The position numbers were made by a program, and so were the translations under genes. From assembly GCA_965116925.1 (NCBI GenBank), contig OZ220744.1, positions 4,576,001 through 4,640,000 of the forward strand: 64,000 nt of DNA, in the 5' to 3' direction. Source of the DNA: Candidatus Poribacteria bacterium. GTDB taxonomy: Bacteria; Poribacteria; WGA-4E; PCPOR2b. Positions 29,543 to 40,394 of this stretch are shown piece by piece; the first letter of the stretch is position 1, and every line of letters starts with the position of its first letter. The notes beneath the pieces were generated by a model, which was not told where the DNA came from, searched no databases, and was given only the letters and a program-made list of their open reading frames with translations.

Positions 29543-31093
29543 TCACCTTCCACTTTTTTCATGGTCAGCGAGAACTGCATGTGCGGCGTTGTGCCCGGGT
29601 GCGCCACTTACTTCGCCCCCCGGATGCGTTCCGGCACCGCACATATACATTCCCTCAATCGGTGTGCGATAGCCACCACGTGCGAACAACCTGTCACCCA
29701 GTAATTGCCCGGGGACATGACTCGTGTGATGAATATTGCCGTCAGTCAAGTATACCCGACGCTCCAGATCCATCGGCGTATACACTAGCCAATCAATGAT
29801 AGATTTACGGAAGTTTGGCGCGTATTCGGTCAGTACGTCAATTAGCCGGTTGCCTTCTTGCTCACGCAGTTGGTCCCATGTCCCGTCTTTCGGCTTAACC
29901 GGCTCATATCGTACCCACATCGAAACGATGTGAGTATCTTCTGGTGCTACGGTTCGATCATAGACAGTTGGAATCTGAACATCAATGATTGGGTAACGCG
30001 TGGGGCGCCCTTCCATCGCGTCCTGTGCCGATTTTCGATAGTAGTCGGTGGATGGACAGATGCGTATTGAAGCAACATAGCGTGGGTCGTAATCGGGTCC
30101 GAGGTGCCGACTAAAGTCAGGCAGTTCACTGACTGCTGCGTGAAATTTCAACGTACCAAAGTCAGTGTCTAGTTCGGTGACTGCTTGGACAACACTGGGT
30201 TCTAAATGTTCAGCACCGACTAACCCTAGGAACGTTCGCTTAGGATCTGCATTGGAAAGGACTAACTTGCTGTGTAACACCTGTCCATCGGTCAACTCCA
30301 CACCTTGTGCCTGCCCATTCTCGATCAGAATTCGCTTGACTTCTGCACCCAGACGAATCTTTGCGCCGAAGCTCTGCGCCGCTCGTGCCATCGCTGTGGT
30401 AAGCGTTCCCATTCCGCCGGTAGCCAAGCCGAGATTGTGTGGGGCAGCCAGCAGGTTCGGTTTAATCGAAGCGTAGCCGAACAACACACCCGGCTCATCC
30501 ATGTTCTTCATGTCTAGCGTGTGCATGACCGAAGCCTTCACTTCGTCCGTCTCGAACATTTCGTCGAGCAATTCGGTAAGCGTCCCGTTGAGCAGGCGGT
30601 CAAGTAACGCTTCGTTCCCGGTACTGCTGACGCGCTCGCACAACTCGGCGACCGTCGGCGGCTCAGTGAGGAAGTATTCATTGAATAGCCCACCCGCCCG
30701 TTTCCAAAAGTTGATCCATTTGCGGTAGCCAACGGCATCTCGCTCGGAGAATTTCTCTATCTCCCGGCAGGTACGCTCGGTATCCCCCCAATGCAGCAGA
30801 TAACGATTATCAGGCAATGGAAAAAATCGCTCTGGATCAAGTGCCTGTACGCGATAGCCGTGCTTATAGAGGTCCAAGTCGCGTACAATCTTGTCCTGTA
30901 AAATGTGAACGATAAACGAACAGGTAGAGATGTGATAGCCGGGAAAAATTTCCTCAGTCGTGCAGGCACCACCCACCACGTGCCGCCGTTCCAAGACCAG
31001 TACTTCCAACCCGGCTCGTGCGAGGTAGGCTGCAGCAACCAACCCATTGTGTCCCCCACCAACAATAATGGCATCGTATGGAGCTATGTTCAT
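29543..31093 (-). CDS. Phytoene desaturase-like FAD-dependent oxidoreductase (PYROXD2-type)
   Basis: GGGHNGLVAAAYLA, GGMG, CGAGTHPGGEVSGAPGHNAA. Confidence 0.88.
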   Translation of the reverse strand: MNIAPYDAIIVGGGHNGLVAAAYLARAGLEVLVLERRHVVGGACTTEEIFPGYHISTCSFIVHILQDKIVRDLDLYKHGYRVQALDPERFFPLPDNRYLLHWGDTERTCREIEKFSERDAVGYRKWINFWKRAGGLFNEYFLTEPPTVAELCERVSSTGNEALLDRLLNGTLTELLDEMFETDEVKASVMHTLDMKNMDEPGVLFGYASIKPNLLAAPHNLGLATGGMGTLTTAMARAAQSFGAKIRLGAEVKRILIENGQAQGVELTDGQVLHSKLVLSNADPKRTFLGLVGAEHLEPSVVQAVTELDTDFGTLKFHAAVSELPDFSRHLGPDYDPRYVASIRICPSTDYYRKSAQDAMEGRPTRYPIIDVQIPTVYDRTVAPEDTHIVSMWVRYEPVKPKDGTWDQLREQEGNRLIDVLTEYAPNFRKSIIDWLVYTPMDLERRVYLTDGNIHHTSHVPGQLLGDRLFARGGYRTPIEGMYMCGAGTHPGGEVSGAPGHNAAHAVLADHEKSGR

Positions 31094-31152
31094 TGGGATG
31101 GTTACCTCCCCGGTCGATTCTCTGACCGTGGATTTCACTCCGAAGTCAAGGA

Positions 31153-32214
31153 TTACGCCTCCGCATATACTACACCTTCAATGTCGCGTGTCTCCGAGCC
31201 TTGGTCGCCTCCCCAAGACATGAAGTAGAAAATCATAAAACGGTCATCATTCAGTGGGATAATGCTAGAATAGCCGCCGATTGTACGACCGACGGTTACC
31301 GGCTCGTGGACAGAGCGGGTTGACCATACTAGTGTGGGTGAGTTGCGCCATGTGCCGTTCCAGTCGCCTTCGTGGGAGTAGTCACTAAATCCAACGCCGC
31401 ACCAGCCTTGATCCAGATCGCCAACCCAGCGGTATGAGCAGAGTAGTGTGCCTTTACGGGTGAGAAATAGTGTGGGTGAATGTCCATAGATGGGATACAT
31501 GGTCAGTTCCAAATCGGACCATGTGCGTCCTTTGTCTTCTGAGAAGGTCCAGTAGAGGGGCATCATACCGTGCCCCGCGGGGGAGTCGTCACTTGCAACC
31601 ATTGCCATCAGTCTGCCATCGGGTAGTTCGATCAGCTCGTTTTGAGCGATGACACCGCGGCAGAGAACGACGCCTTCATCCCAAGTGCGACCACCGTCAA
31701 CTGACCGTAGCTGCGCACTTGCTGCAACCCGTTCGCCTCGAAGGCGTCCCCACACCGGCATGAGCAATGTGCCATCGGATAACTCGCGGATTTTACCGTA
31801 GGTGTGCACGTCGGACCAATCAAAGTTAGCAATCCCGTCTCCGACAAGCTCAGGTTCGGACCAAGATTCGCCGGCGTCTGTAGATCGGCATAGATATATG
31901 CCCTGATGAGGACCTCCTATGCCAGAGATGGGTAACAATATCGTTCCGTCGTTAAGCTCCGCCATGCCGTGATAAGCGAGAAATGAGGTTGGATGGTCAG
32001 GACGCGACGGAATAAATTGATGGATAGGACCCTCCCACGTCTTTCCATCGTCACGGGAACGCTTCATCCCTGAGATGGTTCGCGGCTGTTCCGCATGGGG
32101 ATCTGGATAACGTGCAGTAATGAGGATATCGCCATTCTGCAATCGTTCTACGCCGGGGGTAGCGACATGACCTTCCCATACGACGACGCGACTTTCACGG
32201 TGAAATTGTGGCAT
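31153..32214 (-). CDS. Sialidase-like BNR/Asp-box protein
   Basis: Four Asp-boxes: SRDDGKTW, STDAGESW, SVDGGRTW, SEDKGRTW. Confidence 0.85.
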   Translation of the reverse strand: MPQFHRESRVVVWEGHVATPGVERLQNGDILITARYPDPHAEQPRTISGMKRSRDDGKTWEGPIHQFIPSRPDHPTSFLAYHGMAELNDGTILLPISGIGGPHQGIYLCRSTDAGESWSEPELVGDGIANFDWSDVHTYGKIRELSDGTLLMPVWGRLRGERVAASAQLRSVDGGRTWDEGVVLCRGVIAQNELIELPDGRLMAMVASDDSPAGHGMMPLYWTFSEDKGRTWSDLELTMYPIYGHSPTLFLTRKGTLLCSYRWVGDLDQGWCGVGFSDYSHEGDWNGTWRNSPTLVWSTRSVHEPVTVGRTIGGYSSIIPLNDDRFMIFYFMSWGGDQGSETRDIEGVVYAEA

Positions 32215-32365
32215 GTCCGCCTCCTCAAAAGGTTATCAGTGATCGGAAACATGTAGATAGAATCATGTTATAGCAAAAAATCAAGCTTTTGTCACTATCA
32301 AAATGCTGAGAGCGTGAAACGTGATGCGTGAAAACCGTGAATCGGGAATTTTATGTAAACCTATT

Positions 32366-33178
32366 TTAGGACGAGACAGTATCCTCTCTCACCCAATGCC
32401 GGAACAACGGTTTTACGTTGTTGGGGAAAGCGTCGTAAACGTCCGGCGGGATGGGTGGTACGTTGTTCTCCTGTCCACCCGCCTCGTCTACGATGCGGAT
32501 ACGCTCATCCGAACCGTCCATCAGTACATCCAGATTAAGCCACCACGGTGCATAGCGTACCACTACCGAAGTCCGTGGTTGATCGGTACGATTTGGAGCG
32601 GTAGCGTGCCACATCCGGCTGTCCATCACGAGCACACTGCCTGCGGGTCCTGTCGCCTGCATTTCGGTTGGGTAGGGAACATTCGGATCTACGCCGTTGT
32701 TTCCGGTTGGGTTGTTGTTCGATCGATGGCTGCCGGGGACAATCAGGGTGCCTCCGTTTTCGCATGTGAACGGTGAGAGCATCCACAACGTTGTGATGTG
32801 CATCGTTGCGTCGGGGTACGGGGCAGGGATGTGACCGGCGTTGTTCTGATTAAAGGGCCAATCGCCGTGCCACCCACCACGCTCGTTGCCCGGATAGTTG
32901 ATTGTGCCGGTCGTGAAAGATACCCGCACATGGGGCCCTAACAGTGCCTCGACAAGGGCAAGCATACGTGGATCAGCCAAGTATGGAGCGATTGATTGAT
33001 CGTAGCGGATAAACCCCGGCACATGGCCGATACCGCCGGGGGCGTTGGGATTGCGATGTACAAGGGTCGATTGTTCGACGCTCTCACGCACGGCATCAAC
33101 CTTGTTTTCTGGGATGACCCCCTCCATAACATACCACCCATCAATTTTCAGGTGTTGCAACGCTTGATCCAAACTCAT
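32366..33178 (-). CDS. Phytanoyl-CoA dioxygenase (PhyH)-family Fe/2OG dioxygenase
   Basis: WHGD, NGGT.IVPGSH, GSVLVMD.RMWH, NRT..PR. Confidence 0.9.
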   Translation of the reverse strand: MSLDQALQHLKIDGWYVMEGVIPENKVDAVRESVEQSTLVHRNPNAPGGIGHVPGFIRYDQSIAPYLADPRMLALVEALLGPHVRVSFTTGTINYPGNERGGWHGDWPFNQNNAGHIPAPYPDATMHITTLWMLSPFTCENGGTLIVPGSHRSNNNPTGNNGVDPNVPYPTEMQATGPAGSVLVMDSRMWHATAPNRTDQPRTSVVVRYAPWWLNLDVLMDGSDERIRIVDEAGGQENNVPPIPPDVYDAFPNNVKPLFRHWVREDTVSS

Positions 33179-33190
33179 TGTGAACCCCTC

Positions 33191-34246
33191 CTACCAATCG
33201 GGTCGACCGACATAGAGTCCGCGATTGACCATCGGTAGCGATACGCGCATACCGCCTAGACGGTCGGATTCGATCATGCCCATCAGCATCTCTTGGCTGC
33301 GACGTGCAAGTTGAATCGGTCCCTGCGTCTCCTCTCCGGTATCCAACGCCTCGGCAAGGTTCTTAATGCCCATCTCCGTGCCGCTCTCGCGGGGTACTTC
33401 TGGGAAGGGCATCTCCTCTAGGATACGAGAGGCATCCGACGCTTTGCGAAATTGACAGGTCATCCCGTTGTTAATGGTGCGCATCTTTCCTTTTGTGCCG
33501 CATACTTCAAATTCAGGACCTGTACCTGCGGTGTTGTAACCGTGGACTCCGTTGGAAAAGCGAACATAGCCGCCCCCGATTCCGGGGTCAGTATTGAGAC
33601 GGTTGCCGTCCCAATCTTCGGGGTCGCAAATGATTGAACCTTGCACGAAGTCGATCTCTACATCACCCGCGAGGTAGAGCAGCATATCGGCGGCATGGGT
33701 CAAACCCCATAGGGCAGAGGTGGCACCGTATTGGGCGATAACGCATTGCACATCACCAATCTCACCCGCATCGATTAATTCGCGCATCTTGCGATAAAAC
33801 GGCATGAAGCGCCGTTGTGTTCCATAGTTGAATTTGGTGCCATTGCGCTCAACAGCGTCTACCATGGCATCGGCTTCCTCCATTGAGCAGCAGAGCGGTT
33901 TCTCGGCGTAGATACCTTTCACGCCGTGGTCAGCGGCGAAGATTGCGACTTCGGCACGTTGCGGTGGACGGGTAGCAACGCATACAATATCCGGCTGTTC
34001 TTTTTCAATCATTTCGCGGTAGTCGGTGTAGGCGTGTTGCGCGTCATAACGTTGGCGTGCGGTTTCTGCCTTCTCAGGGATCACATCTGACACTGCTACC
34101 AGATCCGTTCGATCGCACGCCACAGCTGCCGCTGCGTGGGAGTAGGGAATCCAAAGGAAACGCTCCGGCCGTCCTTCCATTTCGTCATCAATTGTGGCAC
34201 CCATCCGACCACATCCAATTAAACATGCACGGTATTGCTTTGCCAT
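33191..34246 (-). CDS. Gfo/Idh/MocA family oxidoreductase
   Basis: GCGRMG..IDDE and EKPL. Confidence 0.9.
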   Translation of the reverse strand: MAKQYRACLIGCGRMGATIDDEMEGRPERFLWIPYSHAAAAVACDRTDLVAVSDVIPEKAETARQRYDAQHAYTDYREMIEKEQPDIVCVATRPPQRAEVAIFAADHGVKGIYAEKPLCCSMEEADAMVDAVERNGTKFNYGTQRRFMPFYRKMRELIDAGEIGDVQCVIAQYGATSALWGLTHAADMLLYLAGDVEIDFVQGSIICDPEDWDGNRLNTDPGIGGGYVRFSNGVHGYNTAGTGPEFEVCGTKGKMRTINNGMTCQFRKASDASRILEEMPFPEVPRESGTEMGIKNLAEALDTGEETQGPIQLARRSQEMLMGMIESDRLGGMRVSLPMVNRGLYVGRPDW

Positions 34247-34285
34247 CGTATACTCCTTTTGTGGAACAATTGCGTGGTTGTTGTA

Positions 34286-36037
34286 CTACTCTGTTGCTCG
34301 TAGCTGGTCGGTAGCAACCTTATCTACCTCCCATGTATGCGGGTTAATGACCACACCGTAAGCATCGCGGGCGTGTTCGAGCGTAACTTTTTCGTCGAGC
34401 ACATCTCTCAACACCGCTTGCGGGGCTCGATCAAAAGGATTTCCCCACCCGCCTGCACCCGCGGCGATATGACGGAAGACATCGCCGCGTTGGATAGTCA
34501 TTGTGGGTTTGGGAGGCAGTTCACGCGCCTCGCCGTCAGGATTCAAGATATTTTGTGACGGGGCACCTGCACCCCCTCCTTGCAGTCCGTAGGGTTGATA
34601 TTTTGTCCGATCTGCTCGGATCTGTAGTGTTGCTTCTTCGGCTAGCAAGCGAAAATCTCGTACCAAACTCAGTCCCCCGCGGTAGATTCCCGCGCCGCCG
34701 GTGTCGGGAAGATAACTGTAGCTCTCGATGCGGAGTGGTAGTTCAACTTCTAATACTTCGGTGGGGTTGTTGGAAAAGTTGACGACACTGCTTGCTGCAC
34801 CGTCGATCCCATCTTTATCCGAACGCCCGCCCCATGAGCCGTAGAGAAATTCAAGGAATACGAATCCTCGCAATTCCGTTTTTCCATCCTGCACGACGCG
34901 CTCGTAACCGCCGATGCTGACACCGGTGTCGCCTCCGATTTCACAGGCGGGAACCCGGTCGGGCGCGGCTTGGGCGAGTGCACCAAAGACCACGTTAGCG
35001 ATACGAAAACCGGTTAAGCCGCGTGCAGCAACTGGTCCCGGTGCTAGTGGATTGAGAATAGTACCTTCTGGTGCAATGACTGTGATTGGGCGGAAGTAGC
35101 CACCATTGTTCGGAACATCCGCTCCCATTAAGCAGCGTACGCAAGCGTAGGCTGTCGATTGTGTAAACGAGAGTGGACAGTTGATGCCCCCTCTGACCTG
35201 TGGCGATGAGCCTGTAAAGTCAACGGTCATCTGGTCACCGGTAATGGTGATGGTCACCGCAATCGGAATCGGGTCAGGGTCTATACCGTCGTCGTCGAGG
35301 TAGTCAGTAAATGAATAGGTGCCATCGGGTAGACCACCAATTTCTGATCTCGCGGTTCGTTCAGCATAGTTGAGCAGCTCAGCGAAATAGGCTGAGAGTT
35401 GTACTACACCGTACTTCTCGAATAACGCCCGGACTCCCTCGTGACCAACGTGCAGGCACGCCAATTCCGCCCGCAAATCACCCAGGACCTGACGCGGGAT
35501 ACGTACATTGCGAGCGATGAAGTCGAAAACCGTTTGATTCGCCTCACCTTTGTCATACAGTTTGAGCAGTGGGATACACAAACCTTCCTGATAGAGTTCT
35601 GTTGCGTCACAACCATTTCCGCCCGGCGTTTTGCCCCCGATGTCGGTGTGGTGTGCGATACAGACCACGAAGGCAATGGGGATCGGATCGTCGAGAAAAA
35701 TAGGTTTGCACAGATACATATCAGGCAGATGAGAGCCGCCTTCATACGGGTCGTTGGTGATGTAGATGTCACCATCACACATCTGCCCGCCGAACTTAGC
35801 GATGACCGCCCGCATAAATTCGGGTACAGATCCGAGATGGAGCGGCAATGTCAATCCCTGTGCGATGAGTTGCCCCTCAGCGTCGCACACTGCTGCGGAC
35901 AGGTCCATCGCATTTTTCAGATTGGATGAGTACGCTGTACGTACCAGCGTCAGTGCCATCTCATCAACCAAGGCGTCTAGTGCGTTTTTAATGAGTTCTG
36001 ATGTAATGGGGTCAAGAGAGTTTTCTGTGGTGTTCAT
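34286..36037 (-). CDS. Hydantoinase B / oxoprolinase family protein
   Basis: NDPYEGGSHLPD, HHTDIGG, EGL.IP, GGAG.YRGG, GAGGWG.P. Confidence 0.92.
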   Translation of the reverse strand: MNTTENSLDPITSELIKNALDALVDEMALTLVRTAYSSNLKNAMDLSAAVCDAEGQLIAQGLTLPLHLGSVPEFMRAVIAKFGGQMCDGDIYITNDPYEGGSHLPDMYLCKPIFLDDPIPIAFVVCIAHHTDIGGKTPGGNGCDATELYQEGLCIPLLKLYDKGEANQTVFDFIARNVRIPRQVLGDLRAELACLHVGHEGVRALFEKYGVVQLSAYFAELLNYAERTARSEIGGLPDGTYSFTDYLDDDGIDPDPIPIAVTITITGDQMTVDFTGSSPQVRGGINCPLSFTQSTAYACVRCLMGADVPNNGGYFRPITVIAPEGTILNPLAPGPVAARGLTGFRIANVVFGALAQAAPDRVPACEIGGDTGVSIGGYERVVQDGKTELRGFVFLEFLYGSWGGRSDKDGIDGAASSVVNFSNNPTEVLEVELPLRIESYSYLPDTGGAGIYRGGLSLVRDFRLLAEEATLQIRADRTKYQPYGLQGGGAGAPSQNILNPDGEARELPPKPTMTIQRGDVFRHIAAGAGGWGNPFDRAPQAVLRDVLDEKVTLEHARDAYGVVINPHTWEVDKVATDQLRATE

Positions 36038-36296
36038 CGTCTGCCCTTTTTACAACCTATCAAAGATAAGTTTGAGACTTGGTACAGATTTCTTACTCCT
36101 TTTGGGGGCTGCCATCTGACCAGAGTGGGAATCTTTCACTATTGACATCGCGTCCTAATAGTGCTACACTGTACCGCAAAATCGGAGAAAAATCAAGACG
36201 AAAATCGGATTGACTGGAGAGAGGTTTCAGTTTAGTAATAGTGGAGTGAGTTTTACCGTTTGTTATTAATGACAAATCTATTCAGGACTTTACGAT

Positions 36297-37253
36297 ATGA
36301 ATGAGTTAAGAATGAAATACCTCCTTGCAATTTTCCTGATTGGAACAAGTGCTATTTTCATTTCCTGTCATGATGAGGAGGTAGCAGAACACTACAATCG
36401 GGGAAATGCCTATCAGGAAGAGGGCAGATTCAATGAAGCGATTTTAGCGTACAAAAAGGCGATTGAGATAGACTCTGACTTCGCAGAAGCGCATTATAAC
36501 TTGGGGAACGCCTACTATCGCCAAGGGCAGATTGATGAAGCGGCGCTAGCGTACAGAAATGCGATCCGTATCCAGCCGGATTTTGTAGCGGCGCGTAACA
36601 GTTTAGGACTCGTCTATCGCATACAAGAGAATAATGCGGCTGCGATAGTGCAGCTCAAAGAAGCAGTCCGAATCGCCCCGGATAATGCACAGGCGTATAA
36701 CCATCTGGGCCGCTCCTACATGGAGCAAGGTAATTTTGAGGCTGCTATTGTTGCTTTCGAGAAAGCGATTCAATTCAATCCGGATAGTGCATACGCTCAC
36801 TACTATCTTGGAAATGCGTACAAAGCACAGGGCAAACTCGACCCAGCCATTGCTGCCTTCAAACAGGCTGTTGCAATAAGTCCACACGACGCTTTATCGC
36901 ATCATAATCTAGGAATCTCTCTTTATGATCAGAACCGGTTTGATGAAGCCGTAACCCACTTTGAAGCAGCGGTTCGCATTAGCCCGAGCTTGGCAAATCT
37001 ACACAACAACTTAGGGAATGCTTACAAAGCACAGGGTAAACTCGATGAGGCTGTTGTTGCATTCGAGAGGGCAGCGAGCGTTAACCCGGGTGATGCAAAG
37101 GCATATTACAATTTGGGAATGATCTACGCTGAACGAGGGGGCGATGGGGAAGCTATGACCCAGTACAAGCGGGCTCTCCAGCTTGCTCGTACCAATCCTG
37201 ATCTACAGGAACTTATACCTGAGATAGAAGGTCGTATCAAAGCATTAAAATAA
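36297..37253 (+). CDS. TPR-repeat lipoprotein
   Basis: About eight TPRs (AEAHYNLGNAY...); lipobox-like 'FISC'. Confidence 0.9.
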   Translation: MNELRMKYLLAIFLIGTSAIFISCHDEEVAEHYNRGNAYQEEGRFNEAILAYKKAIEIDSDFAEAHYNLGNAYYRQGQIDEAALAYRNAIRIQPDFVAARNSLGLVYRIQENNAAAIVQLKEAVRIAPDNAQAYNHLGRSYMEQGNFEAAIVAFEKAIQFNPDSAYAHYYLGNAYKAQGKLDPAIAAFKQAVAISPHDALSHHNLGISLYDQNRFDEAVTHFEAAVRISPSLANLHNNLGNAYKAQGKLDEAVVAFERAASVNPGDAKAYYNLGMIYAERGGDGEAMTQYKRALQLARTNPDLQELIPEIEGRIKALK

Positions 37254-37286
37254 AGCTAAACCCTTTCTACTGCATCGGAGGAAAAT

Positions 37287-37874
37287 ATGCGCGTTATTGT
37301 AGTTGGCTGTGAATACACCGGCGTTACCACTTTAATTGAGGGGCTTATGGACTGGGGGCATGAGCGTGACATCAATCATCACCTTGATGATCACTTTACC
37401 ATCCCAGACCGTCAACATCTAGCGCCTGAAGATAGAGAGACGATGACCAACCTCTCTCCTGCGCTCAAAGAGCGGTTTCAGCGGATGCAGCTCGTTTATC
37501 ACATCCGCCTGATGCACCGCCTTGACCATATCTTGTTGGGTGGTTTTCATATTGAGGAGGCGATTTATGGTCCCCACTATTACTATCCCGGTGGTGTGGC
37601 GAGTGAGATACGCCAGTATGAAGAGGAGATGCCGAAGAACGCAATCTTGGTGCATTTGACTGCCAGTGCAGAAGTGATTCAGAAGCGTATGGAGACAGAT
37701 CCTCACGAGTATTCCCTGATCAAGACAGAGGATATTCCGATGCTTCTCGGTCGTTTCCAAGAAGAATTCGACGCGTCTCTGATTCCGAACAAGATCCAGA
37801 TTGATACCTCCGATTTGACACCGGACGTACTTCTTCAGACTTTTTTAAGCGAATCCGCTCAATTTGCAGAATAG
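37287..37874 (+). CDS. Nucleoside/nucleotide kinase-like P-loop protein with a degenerate Walker A
   Basis: N-terminal GCEYTGVTT; 'LVHLTASAEVIQKR'; 'IDTS'. Confidence 0.65.
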   Translation: MRVIVVGCEYTGVTTLIEGLMDWGHERDINHHLDDHFTIPDRQHLAPEDRETMTNLSPALKERFQRMQLVYHIRLMHRLDHILLGGFHIEEAIYGPHYYYPGGVASEIRQYEEEMPKNAILVHLTASAEVIQKRMETDPHEYSLIKTEDIPMLLGRFQEEFDASLIPNKIQIDTSDLTPDVLLQTFLSESAQFAE

Positions 37875-37933
37875 AATCATACCACAACAGCGTAGATGGA
37901 ACTATGCTCAATTCTGTGCGTGTGTGGGTATAT

Positions 37934-38041
37934 TATAGTAGATTTTAGAATTAATGAGACACTCCAGATCGGCGCAGTTGAAAACAGCGCCTACCAAACA
38001 TGGGGGGCGAAAGTGTCTATTTATTTTTTGAATTCACTATA
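37934..38041. mobile_element. 108-bp MITE-like element, copy 4
   Basis: Near-identical to copy 1. Confidence 0.75.
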
Positions 38042-38357
38042 GTTCCTCCCCAAACCGTCTTTCCTCCAGTGTTAGCTTGTCATGTTACATTTCTGCTGAT
38101 CTACAGCACACCTCCTCTCTACTGTCCCGATAGGTTGAGATCTCGCTTCATTAGAGACGTGATTGTGTATTTCTCTCCATCTTCAAGCACTCGCTGCCCC
38201 ACAATTTCAATCGAGGGAAGCGAATAATTATCTAGGAATTTTCAGGAGATTGACCGAAAGAATTGCGAAGAAATACCCTGCATCTGGATTTAACGAATTA
38301 AATTTGAACCCCGAAGTTCATACTGACTGATACGCATTATCGCCGAAAGGAGACAAT

Positions 38358-39710
38358 ATGCACGAAACACAGGATACCATGACGACCTCCCCAGCGCGGG
38401 CGTTCCTTGTTGGGGTTAAATTAAAAAATGAATTGCAGAGCGACGCAGAAAGCTCACTCGAAGAATTGAGAAGGCTTGCGGAAACGGCGGGAATGGAAGT
38501 GCTAGCCGAAATCATACAGCCGAAAGAAACGCCTGATCCCGCCTATTTTATCGGACGAGGTAAGTTAGAGGAATTGGAGGCGATAGTCAGTGAACTCAAG
38601 GTAGAGGCAGTAGTTTTTGATAACGACCTTACACCCGCACAGACTCGTAACTTGGAAAAATCCCTTGATATCGTTGTTGTCGATCGAACGAGCCTGATTC
38701 TACAGATTTTCGCGCAACGCGCACAGACTAAAGCGGCTAAATTACAGGTAGACCTTGCCCAACTGCAATATGCGTTGCCGCGTTTGACCCGAATGTGGAC
38801 ACACCTCTCTCGGCTTGGTACAGGTGCGGGTGGCACTGCAGGGGTAAGTGCTGGACGCGCCGGCGGTGTGGTACGTGGTCCGGGCGAGACCCAACTACAG
38901 ATTGACCGACGGTTGATTCACACACAAATTTCACGTGTAAAAAAAGCACTCCAAAAAGTTGAAAAACATCGCCGCGTACAGCGAAAGCAACGTCAGGAGA
39001 TGATTAATGTCTCACTTGTCGGTTATACCAATGCAGGGAAATCGACGCTCTTTAACGCTTTGACGAGCGAAAAACGGTTGGCTGAAGATAAGCTGTTTGC
39101 AACGTTAGATCCAACAACCCGCCTCCTCGATTTACCGGATAATCAACACGTGCTATTGAGTGATACGGTCGGTTTTCTCAAAAAGCTACCACACCATTTG
39201 GTGGCTGCATTCAAGGCAACGTTAGAGGAGGTCGCTGAGGCGGATCTGCTGCTCCATGTCGTTGATGTCTCCCATCCCGAAGCGGAGAGCCAGATCAACG
39301 CTGTCGATGAGGTGCTTAAAGAATTAGGTGCCTTTGAGCGACCAACGCTCATGCTGTTTAATAAGATTGATCTTCTGGAGGAGGAAGGGCATATCCAGCT
39401 GTTCCGAAGTAAATATCCCGACAGCCTTGCAATATCGGCGCAGAATGGCGCGGGGCTGGAAGCACTAAAAGACCTACTTGCTGAACGCTTCTCGACTCAG
39501 GACGTAGATATGTCGCTCGCACTCTCTTATCAGGATGGGAAGGCGTTAGATTATCTGTATAAGCATGGTGAGGTGTTCGATACGGATTATCAGGGCGAGT
39601 CAATCCGTGTCAAAGCGAAGATTCCGCAACGCTACCTAAAGGCTTTGGATCGCCTCACGACGAACTCGACTGCTGTCATACTAGATTCAAAGATTGATTC
39701 GTTAGGATAG
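38358..39710 (+). CDS. hflX: Ribosome-splitting GTPase HflX
   Basis: GPGETQL, GYTNAGKSTL, LFATLD, DTVGF, NKID. Confidence 0.96.
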   Translation: MHETQDTMTTSPARAFLVGVKLKNELQSDAESSLEELRRLAETAGMEVLAEIIQPKETPDPAYFIGRGKLEELEAIVSELKVEAVVFDNDLTPAQTRNLEKSLDIVVVDRTSLILQIFAQRAQTKAAKLQVDLAQLQYALPRLTRMWTHLSRLGTGAGGTAGVSAGRAGGVVRGPGETQLQIDRRLIHTQISRVKKALQKVEKHRRVQRKQRQEMINVSLVGYTNAGKSTLFNALTSEKRLAEDKLFATLDPTTRLLDLPDNQHVLLSDTVGFLKKLPHHLVAAFKATLEEVAEADLLLHVVDVSHPEAESQINAVDEVLKELGAFERPTLMLFNKIDLLEEEGHIQLFRSKYPDSLAISAQNGAGLEALKDLLAERFSTQDVDMSLALSYQDGKALDYLYKHGEVFDTDYQGESIRVKAKIPQRYLKALDRLTTNSTAVILDSKIDSLG

Positions 39711-39712
39711 TA

Positions 39713-40366
39713 TTGGGAATGTTCCAACATCTTTACTGTGATGTCTATTACTGGACGGAACGCCACGGCAAACCTGAAACACCTTACGATTGGAATAGTT
39801 GTGCGATTCGTATAGACCGGGCAAACGTCTTGGCATTGGTTGATCCACTGCCCTTAACGGATGCGGAGATTCGACAAATCGAGGAGATTGGTACGCCAAC
39901 CCACATCCTCTTGACCTGCAATTGGCATCTCAGAGAAGGGGAGATTTTCCGACAGCGATGGGGCTGTAAAATTTACCTTAACGCGCTTGGATTGTCAGAA
40001 GCGGAAACGACGATAGACGGGACTTTTGAGGGTGGAGATCGGTTGTGGGACGCTGTTGAAGTGATTCATATTCCGCACGCTGGTTGGAGGGAAGAGACCG
40101 CGTTTCTGGTAGAACAAGAGAAGGGACTTCTCATCGTGGGAGATGTGGTATGTGGCGGACGGGCGGATATTGGTGTCCCCGACGGTGAGATCGGTATCTT
40201 TACCAATCAGCTTGCAGCTATTTCGGACCGTGGGGAAGCCCGAAGTTTGCTGGTAGGTCTGATGGAGTATCCTTTCGATGCCATCTGTTTTGCACACGGC
40301 ACTCCGATTCGGCATCAGGCGAAAGCAGCGTTGCAGCGATTTCTCGACACGAACACATTGTCATGA
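39713..40366 (+). CDS. Metallo-beta-lactamase-fold protein (degenerate)
   Basis: LVDP, ILLTCNWH.R, LIVGD, CFAHG. Confidence 0.7.
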   Translation: MGMFQHLYCDVYYWTERHGKPETPYDWNSCAIRIDRANVLALVDPLPLTDAEIRQIEEIGTPTHILLTCNWHLREGEIFRQRWGCKIYLNALGLSEAETTIDGTFEGGDRLWDAVEVIHIPHAGWREETAFLVEQEKGLLIVGDVVCGGRADIGVPDGEIGIFTNQLAAISDRGEARSLLVGLMEYPFDAICFAHGTPIRHQAKAALQRFLDTNTLS

Positions 40367-40394
40367 AGCAAGCAAAGATTGAAGAGGATTAACG

